A DNA stretch of 24,000 nucleotides from an uncultured Actinomycetota bacterium (lineage in GTDB: Bacteria; Actinomycetota; Actinomycetes; Mycobacteriales; Nakamurellaceae), in assembly GCA_963709895.1 (NCBI GenBank), contig CAVPYD010000014.1, forward strand, positions 77,693 to 101,692. The letters are read 5' to 3'. Numbering within the stretch: the first letter of the stretch is position 1; each line of letters begins with the position of its first letter. Positions 9,133 through 18,670 of this stretch are shown in pieces. The position numbers and the translations under genes are program-made. The notes beneath the pieces are model-generated. The model saw nothing but the letters and a program-made list of their open reading frames with translations. It was not told the origin of the DNA and searched no databases.

Positions 9133-9169
9133 CCGTTATTGTTTCGTGATAGCAGCTGGGATGGGAAAT
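9133..9169 (+). promoter_or_regulatory. conserved rpf leader box, copy 2 (contains -10-like TATTGT 9137-9142)
   Basis: CCGTTATTGTTTCGTGATAGCAGCTGGGATGGGAAAT. The TTGC(G/C) element that forms the -35 in copies 1 and 3 lies only 6 bp upstream here, an apparent 11-bp deletion relative to copy 3. Confidence 0.4.
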
Positions 9170-9340
9170 CATCAAGCGCAGCGGATCAGGTAGAGGCCGA
9201 GACCCCGAGCACGTCGGGAACGAGCCGACTGGCTCGGCGGAAGCCGAAACTACAGCTACCTGGCAGGTATTCAAGAAATTGCGTGATACCACCGCCGTGC
9301 CTTGAGCCCTGCCTGGACACTACCAAAAAAATCGGATTGA

Positions 9341-10609
<1,269 letters not shown>

Positions 10610-10693
10610 TCGCTCCTGGTAGGCAGTAGCGCAAGCAGCTCCGAGCAGTGACGAGTATTGATCGGCAGCCGCCCGCGGGCGAGCGCTGAGCCA

Positions 10694-10734
10694 CCTCGAA
10701 GCCCCGATCCGCACCGCGGGTCGGGGCTTCGAGG
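10694..10734 (+). terminator. hairpin downstream of rpf paralogue 2 (14-bp stem CCTCGAAGCCCCGA / TCGGGGCTTCGAGG, 13-nt loop)
   Basis: Perfect complementarity read directly; lies 85 nt after the stop. Confidence 0.5.
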
Positions 10735-10933
10735 CGTCCGGGGACGCATGCGGCAGAGCGCGCACGGTCGCTGCCGGGACGCTTGGATCGCGCAGCGCTG
10801 CCCGGCCGTGACGTCCGTCGATTCCGGGCAGCGCGCGGTGTCCTCGTCGAACGAGACTGCGTTCCGGGTCAGGCTCGCAGCGCTTCGTGACGTTCGCGCG
10901 ACGGGATGCCGGGCGCTGGGCCGGTCACCAGAA

Positions 10934-11151
10934 GATGCATCTGCATCAAGAATGGGTCCGCCGAACCTCGACCGTCGGCTCACCGCCCGGGAAAGATGCG
11001 CTGGCATCGACTCGGGTGCTGGCCCGGTCACCAGCCGCACCAACATGCGCACGCATCGACCGGCGAGCGATCCGACGACCACGACGAACGAGCAGGTCAC
11101 GGCGGGATTTCCGGCCCTCAGTCCACTCGCCGACACGATGCGTCCGCATCG
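10934..11151. repeat. four dispersed copies of a 14-16-bp palindrome, consensus GATGCG-N2-CGCATC
   Basis: GATGCATCTGCATC (10934-10947), GATGCGCTGGCATC (10995-11008), CATGCGCACGCATC (11044-11057) and CGATGCGTCCGCATCG (11136-11151, perfect 7+2+7). Two copies are preceded by GGCC(C)GGTCACCAG. Confidence 0.7.
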
Positions 11152-11224
11152 ATCACGGCCCGGCAGCGACCAACCCGCGAGTATGGCCACGCCCCGCCGG
11201 CACCGCCCCGCTCCAGCCGGGAAA

Positions 11225-11240
11225 CGTGATGCTTCTAACA
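11225..11240. promoter_or_regulatory. CRP-like half-conserved site CGTGA-TGCTTC-TAACA upstream of rpf paralogue 3
   Basis: Shares the GAAACGTGA left arm with the sites at 8971 and 9003. The right arm is weaker. Its centre lies about 84 bp upstream of the candidate -10. Confidence 0.25.
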
Positions 11241-11292
11241 GTGAAGGTCGAGTTTAGACAACGTTGTCAGCATCTTTGTGAGACAGGCAACG

Positions 11293-11348
11293 TTGCCATC
11301 CGGTGGCTGAACCGTTACAGTTTCGTGATAGAAGCCGGGATGGGAGAT
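11293..11348 (+). promoter_or_regulatory. candidate promoter (-35 TTGCCA 11293-11298, 17 bp spacer, -10 TACAGT 11316-11321) overlapping conserved rpf leader box copy 3 (11312-11348)
   Basis: Box sequence: CCGTTACAGTTTCGTGATAGAAGCCGGGATGGGAGAT. The -35 sits inside the palindrome GGCAACGTTGCC. A second palindrome, ACAACGTTGT, lies about 30 bp upstream. Confidence 0.45.
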
Positions 11349-11647
11349 CACCGCCCGGGGTTTACCGGGCAGGCGCCCGATTGAGATTTCCCCGAATGTG
11401 TATGCGGGTTTTTGCGCCTGTCTGAGTGTTTTGGCCGCTGTGCCACACACGAATTCGGTGAATCCCTTCCCCTGCCCGGAAACATCGACACCATCGGATG
11501 TGACGTGAACGGACGCGACGACAACCCCGGCCATGACGGCCCCGAGCTGGCGACCGCCCAGAACGACCCGAATGCAACGAATGCCACGAATGACCAGATC
11601 GATATGACCGTTTCTGCCGACAGCGCCGACAGTGCCCAGCACCGACG

Positions 11648-12845
11648 GTGACGTCGTCACGCAGAGCAGCCGGTCTGCGCATCAGGCTGGCTCGACCACG
11701 CCGCCCCGGGCTGCGCCGCAAGGTGATCCTGGTCGGCGCCGCGGCGACCATCGGTCTGCTCGCGGTCGGTGGCGCGACGGCGGCCTCGCTGGCCAAGACC
11801 GTCACCATCACTGTCGACGGGCAACAGCGCCAGGTCACCACGCTGGCCGGTTCGGTGGACGGCGCGCTGTCCTCGGCCGGACTGCAGGCTGGCGAGCACG
11901 ACGTGCTGGCGCCGGCCGCCGGCACCGACATCACCGATGGCGCGCAGATCGCCCTCGAGCACGGTCGGCTGCTGACGCTGACCATCGACGGTCAGCAGCG
12001 TCAGGTGTGGACCACCGCCAAGACCGTTGACGAGGCGTTGAGCCAGCTGGGTCAGGACCCGAACGCGTTCCAGCTGTCCGCCGACCGTTCCCGCGCGATC
12101 CCGCTGGACGGGCTCGCCGTGACGGCCGATCCGCTGCGCACCGTGTCGGTGTCCGACGCGGGTGCACCGGCGGCCCCGGTCAAGACCGGCGCACGAACCG
12201 TTGCCGACGTGCTCACCGGCCTGAACACCCCGCTCGGCCCGAACGACACCGTCGTCCCCGACGCGTCGACGCCGGTGACGGACGGCCTGCAGATCACGGT
12301 GTTCCGGATCTCCATCGCCACCAGCACCGACACGGTGGACGTCGCGCCGGCCGACCAGCAGGTGGACGACCCCAACCTGAACAAGGGCAGCACCGCGGTC
12401 GCGCAGCAGGGTGTGCCCGGCAAGACGCAGGTCGTCACCCAGGTGACCACCGTCAACGGTCTCGAGCACGAGCGCAAGGAACTGTCCAGGACCGTTATCT
12501 CCGAGCCCACCCCGTCGATCACCCATGTCGGCAGCAAGTCCACGCTGGACGTGCAGGGCAGCCGGGTGTTCTTCCATGACACCGAGTTCGGTGTCAACTG
12601 GGACGGCATGGCGTATTGCGAATCGACGAACAACCCCAAGGCCGTGAACAACCCCGTCCGGGTATCTGTCCACCTACGGGCTGTTCCAGTTCGACATCCC
12701 GACCTGGGAGTCCGTCGGCGGCAGCGGCAACCCGCTGGATGCCTCGCCGGAAGAGCAGCTGATGCGCGCGAAGCTGCTGTACCAGAGCCGTGGCCTCGAG
12801 CCGTGGTTGTGCGGGTACGCGGCCTCCGGGCCGCCCGCCGGCTGA
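11648..12845 (+). pseudogene. rpfB: RpfB-type paralogue 3 (TM, three DUF348, G5, variant transglycosylase-like C-terminal domain), one frameshift as sequenced
   Basis: ORF 11648-12880 carries [33 protein letters not shown]...[24 protein letters not shown]5-like PADQQVDDPNLNKGSTAVAQQGVPGKTQVVTQVTTVNGLE, and VNWDGMAYCESTNNPKAVNNP. It then goes out of frame. Dropping g12656 gives [62 protein letters not shown], with the stop at 12843-12845. The GTG start at 11648 is uncertain; ATG 11604 would need another frame change. Confidence 0.8.
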
Positions 12846-12878
12846 TCGCCCACCCGCACTCGAGACAACGAACAAGTT

Positions 12879-12917
12879 GAGAAACGGACCCCGACCACTC
12901 GTCGGGGTCCGTTTCTC
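12879..12917 (+). terminator. 17-bp perfect stem-loop followed by a T-rich tail, between rpf paralogue 3 and rsmA
   Basis: GAGAAACGGACCCCGAC-cactc-GTCGGGGTCCGTTTCTC, followed by GTTTCTC. Confidence 0.65.
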
Positions 12918-12984
12918 GTTTCTCCCGGCCGCCAGACGGCGAGTGGTTGACGCGCCCGCAACCCGCGCGTGTGAGGATGGTGCG

Positions 12985-13884
12985 GTGACCGATCGCGTGC
13001 GCCTGCTCGGCCCTGCCGAAATCCGCAGACTGGCCGAAGAGCTGGACCTGCACCCGACGAAGACGCTGGGTCAGAACTTCGTGCACGACGGCAACACCGT
13101 CAGACGCATCGTGGCCGCTGCCGACCTGCGGTCCACCGATCACGTGCTCGAGGTCGGTCCAGGCCTCGGCTCGCTCACCCTGGGTTTGCTCGACTCGGTG
13201 GCTGAGGTCACCGCGCTGGAGATCGATCCGCGCTTGGCGGAGTTGCTGCCGCGGACCGTCGCCGAACACGCCCCGGGGCGTGCCAAGGCCCTGCGGGTGA
13301 TCACCGCCGACGCCCTCGACGTCACGGCGGACCGGCTGGCGGTCCTCGATGACGTCCCAGCCCCGCCCGACCCGACCGCACTGGTGGCGAACCTGCCCTA
13401 CAACGTCGCGGTGCCGGTGCTGCTGCACCTGCTGGCGGAGGTGCCGACGCTGCGGCGGGTGCTGGTGATGGTGCAGTCCGAGGTCGCGGATCGGCTGGTG
13501 GCTCCGCCCGGATCGAAGACCTACGGCATCCCCAGCGCCAAGGCGGCGTGGTACGGCACCGCTCGGCGGGCGGGGTCGATCAGCAGGTCCGTCTTCTGGC
13601 CGGTTCCCGGGGTGGATTCGGCCCTGGTCGCTCTCGACCTGCATCCGCACCCCCGCACCGACGACCGGGCGGCGGTCTTCGCTGTCATCGACGCGGCGTT
13701 CGCGCAGCGGCGCAAGACGCTGCGCTCCGCGCTGGCCGATTGGGCCGGCTCGGCGGCCTTCGCCGAGTCCGTCTTGACCAGGGCAGGCATCGATCCGACA
13801 GCCCGCGGTGAGGTTCTCGCCGTCGACGACTTCGCCCGCATTGCGCGTGCCCTGGAACAGCTGGACGCGGTCGAGCACGAATGA
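12985..13884 (+). CDS. rsmA: 16S rRNA (adenine1518/1519-N6)-dimethyltransferase RsmA/KsgA
   Basis: Contains [20 protein letters not shown] (SAM-binding motif), [15 protein letters not shown] and FAQRRK. The in-frame GTG at 12985 is preceded by GAGGA (12973-12977). The upstream part of ORF 12790- is Arg/Pro-rich and overlaps the terminator. Confidence 0.9.
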   Translation: MTDRVRLLGPAEIRRLAEELDLHPTKTLGQNFVHDGNTVRRIVAAADLRSTDHVLEVGPGLGSLTLGLLDSVAEVTALEIDPRLAELLPRTVAEHAPGRAKALRVITADALDVTADRLAVLDDVPAPPDPTALVANLPYNVAVPVLLHLLAEVPTLRRVLVMVQSEVADRLVAPPGSKTYGIPSAKAAWYGTARRAGSISRSVFWPVPGVDSALVALDLHPHPRTDDRAAVFAVIDAAFAQRRKTLRSALADWAGSAAFAESVLTRAGIDPTARGEVLAVDDFARIARALEQLDAVEHE

Positions 13885-14804
13885 CCTCGGCGACAGCCAC
13901 ATTTGTCGGCACGATCCGGGTACGGGCCCCGGCGAAGATCAATTTGCACCTCTCGGTCGGGCCGGTGCGGCCGGACGGTTATCACGAACTCGTCACCGTG
14001 TTCCACGCCGTCGACCTCGTCGACGAACTGACCATCACCACCGCCGACCGTCATTCGGTCCGCACCGAGCCGTCGGACGGCGTACCCGCCGGTGCCAAGA
14101 ATCTGGCCGGTGCCGCGGCCAGGTTGCTGGCGCGGCGCAGCGGTGGTGGGGGACCGGTGGCCATCGAGATCACCAAGAACATTCCGGTGGCCGGTGGCAT
14201 GGCCGGTGGAAGTGCCGACGCCGCCGCCGCGCTGGTCGGCTGCGCGGCCCTGTGGCGGCTGGACATCGCCCGCAGCGAACTGGCGCAGATCGCCGCGGAT
14301 CTCGGGTCCGACGTGCCGTTCGCGCTGGCCGGCGGCACGGCTGTCGGCACCGGGCGGGGGGAGTTGCTCTCGCCGGTGCTGGCCCGAACCCCGCTGCACT
14401 GGGTGCTGGCGCTGGCCGACGAGGGTCTGTCGACACCGGCCGTGTTCGCCGAGTTGGACCGGCTGCGCGCCGTCGGCGACCCACCGAGGGTGGGACCGGT
14501 GCGCGACATCCTGGCAGCACTGGGCAGCGGTGACGCCGCGGCCGTCGCGGCGGCCCTCGGCAACGACCTGCAGGCCGCCGCCATCTCGTTGCAACCGGGT
14601 CTGCGGCGGACGCTGCGGGCGGGGATCGCGGCCGGCGCGCTGGCCGGAATCGTCTCCGGTTCCGGACCGACCATCGCATTGCTCTGCGCGGACGCCGAGT
14701 CGGCCGGTGGTGTCGCCGTCGAGCTGACCGGGTCCGGAACCTGTCGCGCGGTCCGGGTCGCCACCGGCCCCGCCCAGGGGGCCCGGATTGTCGGGACACG
14801 CTGA
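13881..14804 (+). CDS. ispE: 4-(cytidine 5'-diphospho)-2-C-methyl-D-erythritol kinase
   Basis: Contains [40 protein letters not shown] (GHMP kinase motif) and GSGPT. The ATG overlaps the rsmA stop (ATGA). Confidence 0.9.
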   Translation: MTSATATFVGTIRVRAPAKINLHLSVGPVRPDGYHELVTVFHAVDLVDELTITTADRHSVRTEPSDGVPAGAKNLAGAAARLLARRSGGGGPVAIEITKNIPVAGGMAGGSADAAAALVGCAALWRLDIARSELAQIAADLGSDVPFALAGGTAVGTGRGELLSPVLARTPLHWVLALADEGLSTPAVFAELDRLRAVGDPPRVGPVRDILAALGSGDAAAVAAALGNDLQAAAISLQPGLRRTLRAGIAAGALAGIVSGSGPTIALLCADAESAGGVAVELTGSGTCRAVRVATGPAQGARIVGTR

Positions 14805-16700
14805 TGGCCAATCTGGTCAACATCGAGTCGGCGACCGTCGTGCACGGCATGCGTACGGTGCTCGACGCGGTCTCCATCGGCGTGCAAACCGGTGATCGGG
14901 TCGGTGTTCTCGGTCTCAACGGGTCCGGCAAGACGACATTGCTCAAGCTGCTGGCAGGGATCGAGCACCCGGACTCCGGCCGGGTTGCGACGCTCCGGAA
15001 CACGGCCGTCGCCTTCGTCCCGCAGACATCGAACCTGCCCGACGACCGGACGGTGCGCGAGGCGGTGCTGCACACCTTCGGCGAGGCCGAACACGTGTGG
15101 GCGTCCGATGCGGCCGTGCGAGAGGTGCTCTCCGGCCTCGGGCTGCCCGGGATCGGCCTGGACAGTTCGCTCCGCACGCTGTCGGGCGGGGAACGGCGGC
15201 GGGTCGCGTTGGCCGCGGCGCTGGTGACGGATGCCGACCTGCTGGCCCTGGACGAGCCCACCAACCACCTGGACATCGAGGCGGTCGCCTGGCTGGCCGG
15301 GCACCTGCAGGGCCGGCGGGGTGCGTCGGTGGTGGTCACCCACGACCGCTGGTTTCTCGACGCCATCGCCACCACCACCTGGGAAGTGGTCGACGGCGCG
15401 GTGCTGGCCCGTGAGGGTGGTTACTCCGACTGGGTTTTCGCCAGGGCAGAGCGGCTGCGGCTGGACCGGGCCGCCGAGGAACGCCGGAAGAACCTGGCGC
15501 GCAAGGAGTTGGCCTGGCTACGGCGCGGGCCGCCTGCCCGGACCTCCAAGCCGCGCTACCGCATCGAGGCCGCCGAAGCCATCATCGCCGGCGAACCGGA
15601 GCCGCGAAACACCGTGGAGCTGCATGCTTTTGCGCGCCGCCGGCTGGGCGCGATCGTGCTGGAGCTGGAGGACGTCTGGGCGTCGGTGCCCGGTCCGGCC
15701 GGTTCGACGGGCTCCGCCCGCGGGTCGGCGGTCGGGGTCGAGACCAACCCGGCGCACGCCGGGGAGCGGGTGCTGTTGGCGGACGTCACCTGGCGGATCG
15801 GCCCTGGCGACCGGATCGGGGTGGTCGGCGTCAACGGGTCGGGCAAGTCCACCCTGCTGCGCATCCTGGTCGGCGAGCTGGCGCTGACCCGCGGCCGGCT
15901 CAAGACCGGCACCACCGTGCACCTGGGGTACCTGTCCCAGGAGGTCGGGGAACTGCCCGGCGCAGTCCCGGCTGATCGAAGCGATCACCGAGATCGCCTC
16001 CGTGGTCCAGCTGGGCGACAAGGATGTCTCGGCGTCGGCGCTGGCGGAACGCTTCGGCTTCACCCCCGCCCAGCAGTGGACGCGGGTGGCGGAACTGTCG
16101 GGTGGCGAGCGGCGACGGCTGCAATTGCTGCGCATCCTGATGGCCGAGCCGAACGTGCTCATCCTGGACGAACCGACCAACGACCTGGACACCGATACCC
16201 TGTCCGCGCTCGAGGATCTGCTCGACTCCTGGCCGGGCACGCTGATCGTGGTCAGCCACGATCGCTATCTCATCGAGCGGGTCACCGACGATGTGTACGC
16301 ACTGATGGGGGACGGCGCGATCACCCACCTACCGGGTGGGGTGGACGAGTACCTGCGCCGGCGTCGGGAGTCGGTGGCCGCGGAGCTGGCGCAGCAGTCC
16401 AGGGCGGGGAGCGCATCTTTCGGCGCGCCACCGCCCGCCGCGCCGGCGGGGTCGACCAGCTCGACCGCTGCTCAGGACGCCGCAGCGGTGCGCGGGCTGC
16501 GCAAGGACCTGCAACGCCTGGAGCGTCGGCTGGAATCGTTGCAGCGCAAGGAATCAGATCTGCACCACAAGCTGGCGGAGGTCGGCGCCGACTATGTCAC
16601 CGCCGCCGAATTGAACGCGTCGCTGTTGCAACTTCACGGCGAGGTCGCCGCAGCCGAGGCCGAGTGGCTGGCCGCGGCCGAGGCGCTGGAGAACAGTTGA
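14804..16700 (+). pseudogene. ABC-F family ATPase (two ABC domains, C-terminal coiled coil), one frameshift as sequenced
   Basis: Domain 1: GLNGSGKTTLLKLL, LSGGERRRVALAAAL, LLALDEPTNHLD. Domain 2: GVNGSGKSTLLRIL, then a frame break after SQEVGELP. ORF 16002-16700 continues ...LSGGERRRLQLLRIL, ILDEPTNDLD, VSHDRY and a Leu/Glu/Arg-rich tail. The +1 frame from 15957 reads PAQSRLIEAITEIA, placing the extra base within 15956-15960. The ATG overlaps the ispE stop by 1 nt. Confidence 0.85.
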
Positions 16701-16712
16701 GCCCGGGTCCCC

Positions 16713-16767
16713 CGAGCCACCACTTTCGGTCGTTTCCTACTGGGTAGGGGCCGAAAGTGGTGGCTCG
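16713..16767. terminator. bidirectional terminator-like hairpin between convergent genes (17-bp perfect stem with a nested CCTAC/GTAGG hairpin in the loop)
   Basis: CGAGCCACCACTTTCGG ... CCGAAAGTGGTGGCTCG, located between the ABC-F stop (16700) and the hydrolase stop (16786). Confidence 0.6.
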
Positions 16768-16785
16768 ATGAGATATCAGGGCGTG

Positions 16786-17523
16786 TCAGCGGGTCAGGAA
16801 CGGCATCACCACGGCGGCGAAGGAGTCCGGCGCACTGGCGTGCCCGCGCCGCGAGCCCTCCAGATCGGCACGAACAGCGCCGGGGATGGCGGCGGCCAGC
16901 AGGTCCAGCAGCGCGCGCTGCCCGGCATCGTCGGAACCGGCGCCGATGATCAAGGTGGGCGCGGTGATCTGGGCCAGCGACTCCCACCACCGGGGGTCGG
17001 CGTGCGCCAGTTGGGCGAGCACCGCGCGCGCCCGGGAGAAGCCGTGCACGTTCTGCTTGATCTTCCCGCGCCGCAGCGTCGTGACCGCGCCGTTGATCGC
17101 CATCCCTGGCGACATCCGGCTGCTCACCGGCGGTCCCGAGCGCGGCGGCGCGGCCGGCTGCTCCAGCACCAGCCGCCGCACCAGCTGGGGGTCCTTGGCC
17201 GCGACGCTGGCCGCCAGGTAGGCGCCGAAGCCGCAGCCCACCACGTCCACCGGGTCGGTCGACAGATGCTCGATCACCCGGCGGAGGTGATCGACGAAGG
17301 CGGCCAACTCCGAGCCACGAACGGGGTCGCTGTGCCCGGTGCCGGGCAGGTCGATCGCCACCAGCTGCCGATCGGCGTCGCAGACCTTGTGGGTCAGGCC
17401 TTCCCACGTCGCCGCCGACGACCCCAGGTCGGGGACGGACAGGATGGGGTCCCCGGTGCCGTTGGAGTAGATGCGGACGTCGCGCTCGTCGATGGTCAGG
17501 TCGTAGATCGCGCTGAAGGCCAT
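16786..17523 (-). CDS. alpha/beta-fold hydrolase
   Basis: The C-terminal 245 aa of ORF 16786-17883(-) start at MAFSAIYDLTIDERDVRIYSNGTGDPILSVPDLGSS...LVAIDLPGTGHSD...VDVVGCGFGAYLA (nucleophile-elbow-like G-x-G-x-G context). GGGAGA lies 10 nt upstream of ATG 17523. Confidence 0.75.
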   Translation of the reverse strand: MAFSAIYDLTIDERDVRIYSNGTGDPILSVPDLGSSAATWEGLTHKVCDADRQLVAIDLPGTGHSDPVRGSELAAFVDHLRRVIEHLSTDPVDVVGCGFGAYLAASVAAKDPQLVRRLVLEQPAAPPRSGPPVSSRMSPGMAINGAVTTLRRGKIKQNVHGFSRARAVLAQLAHADPRWWESLAQITAPTLIIGAGSDDAGQRALLDLLAAAIPGAVRADLEGSRRGHASAPDSFAAVVMPFLTR

Positions 17524-17587
17524 TCGTGCATCGTCTCCCATGACGTCGGTGCCAACCGTTCCCGGCGTCGCACCGGCTTCGGCCCGT

Positions 17588-18559
17588 TCAGTATGCCGAG
17601 GGCTCCGGTGGTGCTGTGGCGCCGTGGTAGGTGGTCGCCAGCGCCCCCGCGATGCAGGCCAGCCGGACGGCCTCGGCGGGCGCCAACCCCCGAGCCCAAG
17701 CGACGGCCAGCGTACCGGTGAAGGCGTCCCCGGCTCCGGTGGTGTCCACCGCGACAACGGGCGGTGCCGGGATCTCGCAGCGGGCGCCGTCGGGACCGGC
17801 GTAGCGCGCTCCCGAAGCCCCCAGGGTGGTGACCACGTGCGGAACTCCGGCCAGCGCAGCCGGTCCCAGCGCGTCTGCCTCACCCTCGTTCAGCACGAGA
17901 ACCGTGATCAGCTCGAGCAACTCGGCGGTCAGCGGTGCAACGGGCGACGGATTGAGCAAGACCGGAACACCCGCGGCGGCCGCGGCCCGTGCGCCGGCCA
18001 GCACCGTCGGCATCGGCAACTCGAGCTGGATGAGCAGCATGTCCGCGCCGGCGATGAGCTCCGCGTCGGGCGCGGTCACCCGCACCCGAGCATTGGCCCC
18101 GGGTACCACGACGATCGTGTTCTCCGCAGCGTCGTCCACCGTGATCAGCGCGATGCCGCTGGACCCCGGCACCGCGCCGAGTCGATCGGTGGACACCCCC
18201 GCCGCGGCCAGCCCGCGGGCCAGCCGTCGCCCATAGTCGTCGTCACCGATCGCGCCGACGAAGGACACCCGACCGCCCGCCCTGGCCGCCGAGATCGCCT
18301 GGTTCGCGCCCTTGCCACCCGGCAGCGTGGCGAAATCCGTTCCCGCCGCTGTCTCACCGGGTCCGGGCAGGTGGCGAGTGCGCACCACCAGGTCCATGTT
18401 GACGCTGCCGAGCACCACCAGCCGGGGCGACGCGCCGCCGCCCGTTGCCGGGCCAGGGGACGACGCCGTCGCTCGCTCCGGCACGGTCGCTCGCTCCGGC
18501 ACGGACGCATGCGCCGGCGGGGTACCTGCCACCCGGGCCTCCCGTCTCGCCTTCTCCAT
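17588..18559 (-). CDS. rbsK: ribokinase (PfkB family) with an N-terminal extension of about 40 aa
   Basis: This is the C-terminal third of the 994-aa minus ORF. Contains LVVLGSVNMDLVV, LPGGKGANQAISAARAG, NEGEA and AVDTTGAGDAFTG. The start is uncertain: ATG 18559 (MEKARREARVAG...), or later GTGs within the VPERAT repeat. Confidence 0.8.
   Translation of the reverse strand: MEKARREARVAGTPPAHASVPERATVPERATASSPGPATGGGASPRLVVLGSVNMDLVVRTRHLPGPGETAAGTDFATLPGGKGANQAISAARAGGRVSFVGAIGDDDYGRRLARGLAAAGVSTDRLGAVPGSSGIALITVDDAAENTIVVVPGANARVRVTAPDAELIAGADMLLIQLELPMPTVLAGARAAAAAGVPVLLNPSPVAPLTAELLELITVLVLNEGEADALGPAALAGVPHVVTTLGASGARYAGPDGARCEIPAPPVVAVDTTGAGDAFTGTLAVAWARGLAPAEAVRLACIAGALATTYHGATAPPEPSAY
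18468..18503. repeat. 18-bp perfect tandem duplication GTCGCTCGCTCCGGCACG x2 (in frame, VPERAT-VPERAT on the minus strand)
   Basis: Read directly: 18468-18485 equals 18486-18503. Confidence 0.85.
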
Positions 18560-18670
18560 CTCGCCTGCCGTGCCCTGCCCTGCCGCGGCGCGATCGTCGG
18601 CGCGACGATATCGGACCCGTCGACGGCAGATCGACCGTGATGACGAGTTCCGTGGCTTACCGTGTCGGCT

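Noticed and set aside
9125-9193. Reading the conserved rpf box as a leader peptide (R-Y-x-[PF]-V-I-x-A-G-M-G is in the same frame in all three copies, and three isolated substitutions fall on synonymous third positions)
   Set aside because: There is no Shine-Dalgarno sequence and no shared start codon. ORF lengths and C-termini after the box are wildly different (10, 14 and 59 codons after the Met). The reading also depends on a conserved ATA codon, very rare in high-GC actinobacteria. Three synonymous-looking changes are too few to favour coding over an RNA/DNA motif. This is left as an alternative to test by ribosome profiling.
9238-9267. Resemblance of GCCGAAACUACAGCUACCUGGCAGG in the rpf2 leader to the conserved 3' strand of ydaO-class (c-di-AMP) riboswitches (CCGAA...CAGCUAACCUCGUAAG), which control rpfA genes in other actinobacteria
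   Set aside because: I could not identify the other conserved ydaO blocks or the pseudo-two-fold architecture by eye, and my recollection of the consensus is approximate. No riboswitch call is made. A cmsearch with RF00379 would settle it.
10934-11151. Possible CRISPR array or other regular repeat-spacer structure in the large spacers
   Set aside because: The repeats are only 14-16 bp and palindromic, spaced irregularly at 49-92 bp. There are only four copies, and no cas genes are present in the window.
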